From assembly GCF_006345805.1 (NCBI RefSeq), contig NW_021826584.1, positions 1 through 12,361 of the forward strand: a DNA stretch of 12,361 nucleotides, given 5' to 3'. The notes beneath the pieces are model-generated. The model searched no databases. It saw only the letters and a program-made list of their open reading frames with translations, and had not been told where the DNA came from. The position numbers and the translations under genes were made by a program. The DNA comes from Octopus sinensis (lineage: Eukaryota). How positions within the stretch are numbered: the stretch's first letter is position 1; the number at the start of each line of letters is the position of its first letter. Shown here piece after piece: positions 9,840 to 12,361 of the stretch.

Positions 9840-9946
9840 ATTTCTTACTGAAGAATCTGAGGGCCTATGGAAGATTGGCTTGATTTAATTTAATCAGGTT
9901 AGTTTACCATTAAACAGCAGATGAAACGGTGCATCGTATAAGAAAT
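9840..9946 (+). ncRNA. Type I hammerhead ribozyme, copy 1 (predicted cleavage after A9938)
   Basis: Stem I ATTTCTTA(9840-47)/TAAGAAAT(9939-46), 8 bp; core CTGAAGA(9848-54); stem II ATCTG(9855-59)/CAGAT(9918-22); GAAA(9923-26); stem III CGG-TGCA-TCG(9927-36); GTA triplet(9936-38). Confidence 0.88.
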
Positions 9947-10330
9947 TACAGGGTAAATGTTTTTTAAATTTTCTCCTGTTTACGGATTTGATTTTTATTT
10001 GCGGTTGAAGCTTTGGCTGTTATTTCTAGTGGGTGAATGGCCTATTATGGCCGTTCCTTGATTGTTGATGTTGAACTTAAAAATGGTCTATGACTATTTA
10101 ATTTTTTCCCACTAGGCCTGGTGGCAAAAAAATTCTACAAAATTTTTTTTTGCCACCCTATATTGATTAATTATGAATTTTCTGGTAATAATTCCGTAAT
10201 GGAATCGACGGCTTATATTTATTTGCTGCCGATAAATTTGGCGCGAGTGCGAGATTTTAAAATTTTAGGTCAGATATTACCTTAGCAGGGTCGGAAATGC
10301 CTCGTGAAAATATCTGTTCCGACTTGGGCT

Positions 10331-10436
10331 ATTTCTTACTGAAGAATCTGAGGGCCTATGGAAGATGGCTTGATTTAATTTAATCAGGTTAGTTTACCAT
10401 TAAACAGCAGATGAAACGGTGCATCGTATAAGAAAT
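10331..10436 (+). ncRNA. Type I hammerhead ribozyme, copy 2 (predicted cleavage after A10428)
   Basis: Same elements as copy 1: ATTTCTTA(10331-38), CTGAAGA(10339-45), ATCTG...CAGAT(10408-12), GAAA, CGGTGCATCG, TA, TAAGAAAT(10429-36). It has one T fewer in the stem II extension. Confidence 0.88.
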
Positions 10437-10851
10437 TACAGGGTAAATGTTTTTTAAATTTTCTCCTGTTTACGGAATTGATTTTTATTTGCGGTTGAAG
10501 CTTTGGCTGTTATTTCTAGTGGGTGAATGGCCTATTATGGCCGTTCCTTGATTGTTGATGTATATATATATATGTATATGCACATATTCATACGTACAGG
10601 TATAAAGTTACACATGTATATGCACACATGTGTGCACGCTCGTGTATGTATGGATACGCAAATTATATTGCAGTTTGTCTGATCCCAAATAAATCCTGAT
10701 CAAGCTGGCTTTGGATGAAAAATCAGGAAGCTGTAATTATCTCGCCTATATAGCATATATTATGCAGTAGCCATCGATGTACATATTAGTCTATATATGG
10801 GATTATGATTATATGTGCAATTTCCATAAGACATGTATGTGTCTGTTAATT

Positions 10852-11063
<212 letters not shown>

Positions 11064-12361
11064 CAATTCCACATAGTCAGCTACACGGATCACAAACTTG
11101 TGACATGTACGCTAGACTTAGGTGACACTTAGGCAGGGTCCCGGATACTGGAACTAAACGCTTCTTTCCCATCGAGCAGGTTTTCAGAGACCGGATTAGC
11201 ACACTAGTAAAGAGGCTTTGACGGGAGCCATCATCAACAAATGGTGGTTGCCCTCAAAGAGCAGTAAAAGCAGAAGCGATTAGTACAGCAAAGCACTAGC
11301 CATAGAGTTGAGGGTGAGCTAGTTAGAAGCTAGAAGAGGCAATTAGAAGCGGCATCGCCCTCGACCAACACTTCAACGCCAAACACGAAGGATGTGCTGT
11401 CAGAGCTAGGATGCGTGCTCTAAGGAACGAAGGTGTTGGAGCCGCGAGAGAGGCCCGGGTGGCAGAGGCGCAACAGGGCAACAAAGCCACCATTCGGTGG
11501 CGCGAATTGCTCGAATGGTGCGAATTGCTCGAGCCAAGTAAAATGTGTGAGGCCTTTCAGCAGCATTTTGCCCGACTGTTCGGGACGAGTGGAGGGCAAG
11601 AACGTAGGGTGGACTTCAGTGCCTACCTACATAGCCTACCACGACTCTCGACAAGAAAGGCAGGGTGCTGCGAAGGTGCCATCACGGGCGGCGGAAGTGC
11701 AGGAGGCGATGGCAGAATGCTCGAGGGACAAATCACCGGGTTTTGGATGGTCTACCCTACGAGCTTTACAATTGTATGCCAGACTTGTTTGGAGATCTCT
11801 TGGCGGCGGTGTACTGCAACTGGCAGCAACACGGGAGCATTCCTGGTTTTGTGAGCCGAGGAGCCGTAACACTGCTGAAGAAAGATCTAAACAAGGGAAA
11901 TGTAATAGATAACTTTAGGCCCATCACTCTGCTTAATGCAGACTTGAAAATTTTGGCCAAGGTGCTAGCGAAGAGGTTGGCGCTTGTCATCGAGAAACTG
12001 GTCGACAAGCGCAAACATGCGCCGTGCCAGGCCGGACCATCCATGACAACCTCCACCTGATGCGCTACATCATAGACAGGGTAGTTAACGAACCTGGCAT
12101 GGTGGGGTGCTGATCAATTTGGATCAATCGAAAGCTTTCGATAGGATGACCATCGATACTTGGAGGCGGTCCTCGGAGCGGCTGGCTTCGGTCCCGTCTT
12201 CCGCGGCTGGATAGCCGCTTTGTACAGAGGCATCCGTTAGGTAATTCGCGTGAATGGACATCTATCGAGACCCTTCGACATCGCACGTTCGGTCCGTCAG
12301 GGATGCCCCCTCTCGTCGCTTCTATACGTATTGACTCTCGAGCCATTATTGCGGAAGCTGG
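11064..12361 (+). mobile_element. 5'-truncated non-LTR retrotransposon (L1/Tx1-type) ORF2: end of APE endonuclease, linker and N-terminal part of reverse transcriptase; frameshifted; continues past the window
   Basis: Motifs across frames: YTDHKLV (SDH-like endonuclease end), GPGYW(K)LN, KWW, KSPG(L)DGLPYELY, NFRPITLLNADLKILAKVLAKRL, (A)QTCAVPGRTIHDNL, NLDQSKAFDR, VRQGCPLSSLLYVLTLEPLL. There are several 1-bp frameshifts and an in-frame TAG at 12238-12240. Confidence 0.93.

Larger units (their letters stand above)
9604..10561 (+). mobile_element. Tandem ~490-bp hammerhead-containing non-coding repeat (retrozyme or non-autonomous Penelope-like element), about 1.95 copies
   Basis: 9604-10071 and 10095-10561 are near-identical, differing by a few small indels and about one substitution. 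They are separated by 23 unique nt (10072-10094) and flanked by (TA)n on both sides. Each copy has one hammerhead and no long ORF. Confidence 0.8.

Noticed and set aside
9604-10561. LTR pair or CRISPR-like interpretation of the direct repeat
   Set aside because: No TG...CA termini, primer-binding site or internal region; only two long units in a eukaryotic context.
11636-12346. Minus-strand ORFs over the LINE
   Set aside because: They are antisense shadows of the plus-strand RT coding sequence.

Overview
AT-rich, microsatellite-dense eukaryotic non-coding DNA. The SINE families resemble those I recognise from Octopus (cephalopod) genomes; this is an inference from recall, not a search. No intact protein-coding gene is supported, and most listed ORFs are microsatellite translations. 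The window holds several tRNA-derived SINEs, a 5'-truncated and frameshifted L1/Tx1-type LINE ORF2 running off the right edge, and a weak candidate first exon near 0.9-1.25 kb. The main find is a ~490-bp head-to-tail duplicated, ORF-less element inside a (TA)n tract (9604-10561). Each copy carries a complete type I hammerhead ribozyme (CUGAAGA...GAAA...GUA) with an unusually long, G-U-rich stem II. This is the architecture of a retrozyme or non-autonomous Penelope-like element that could release a 490-nt, possibly circular, RNA. A second, unrelated minimal hammerhead-like motif with a probable U3-A8 core variant lies on the minus strand at 5221-5270.
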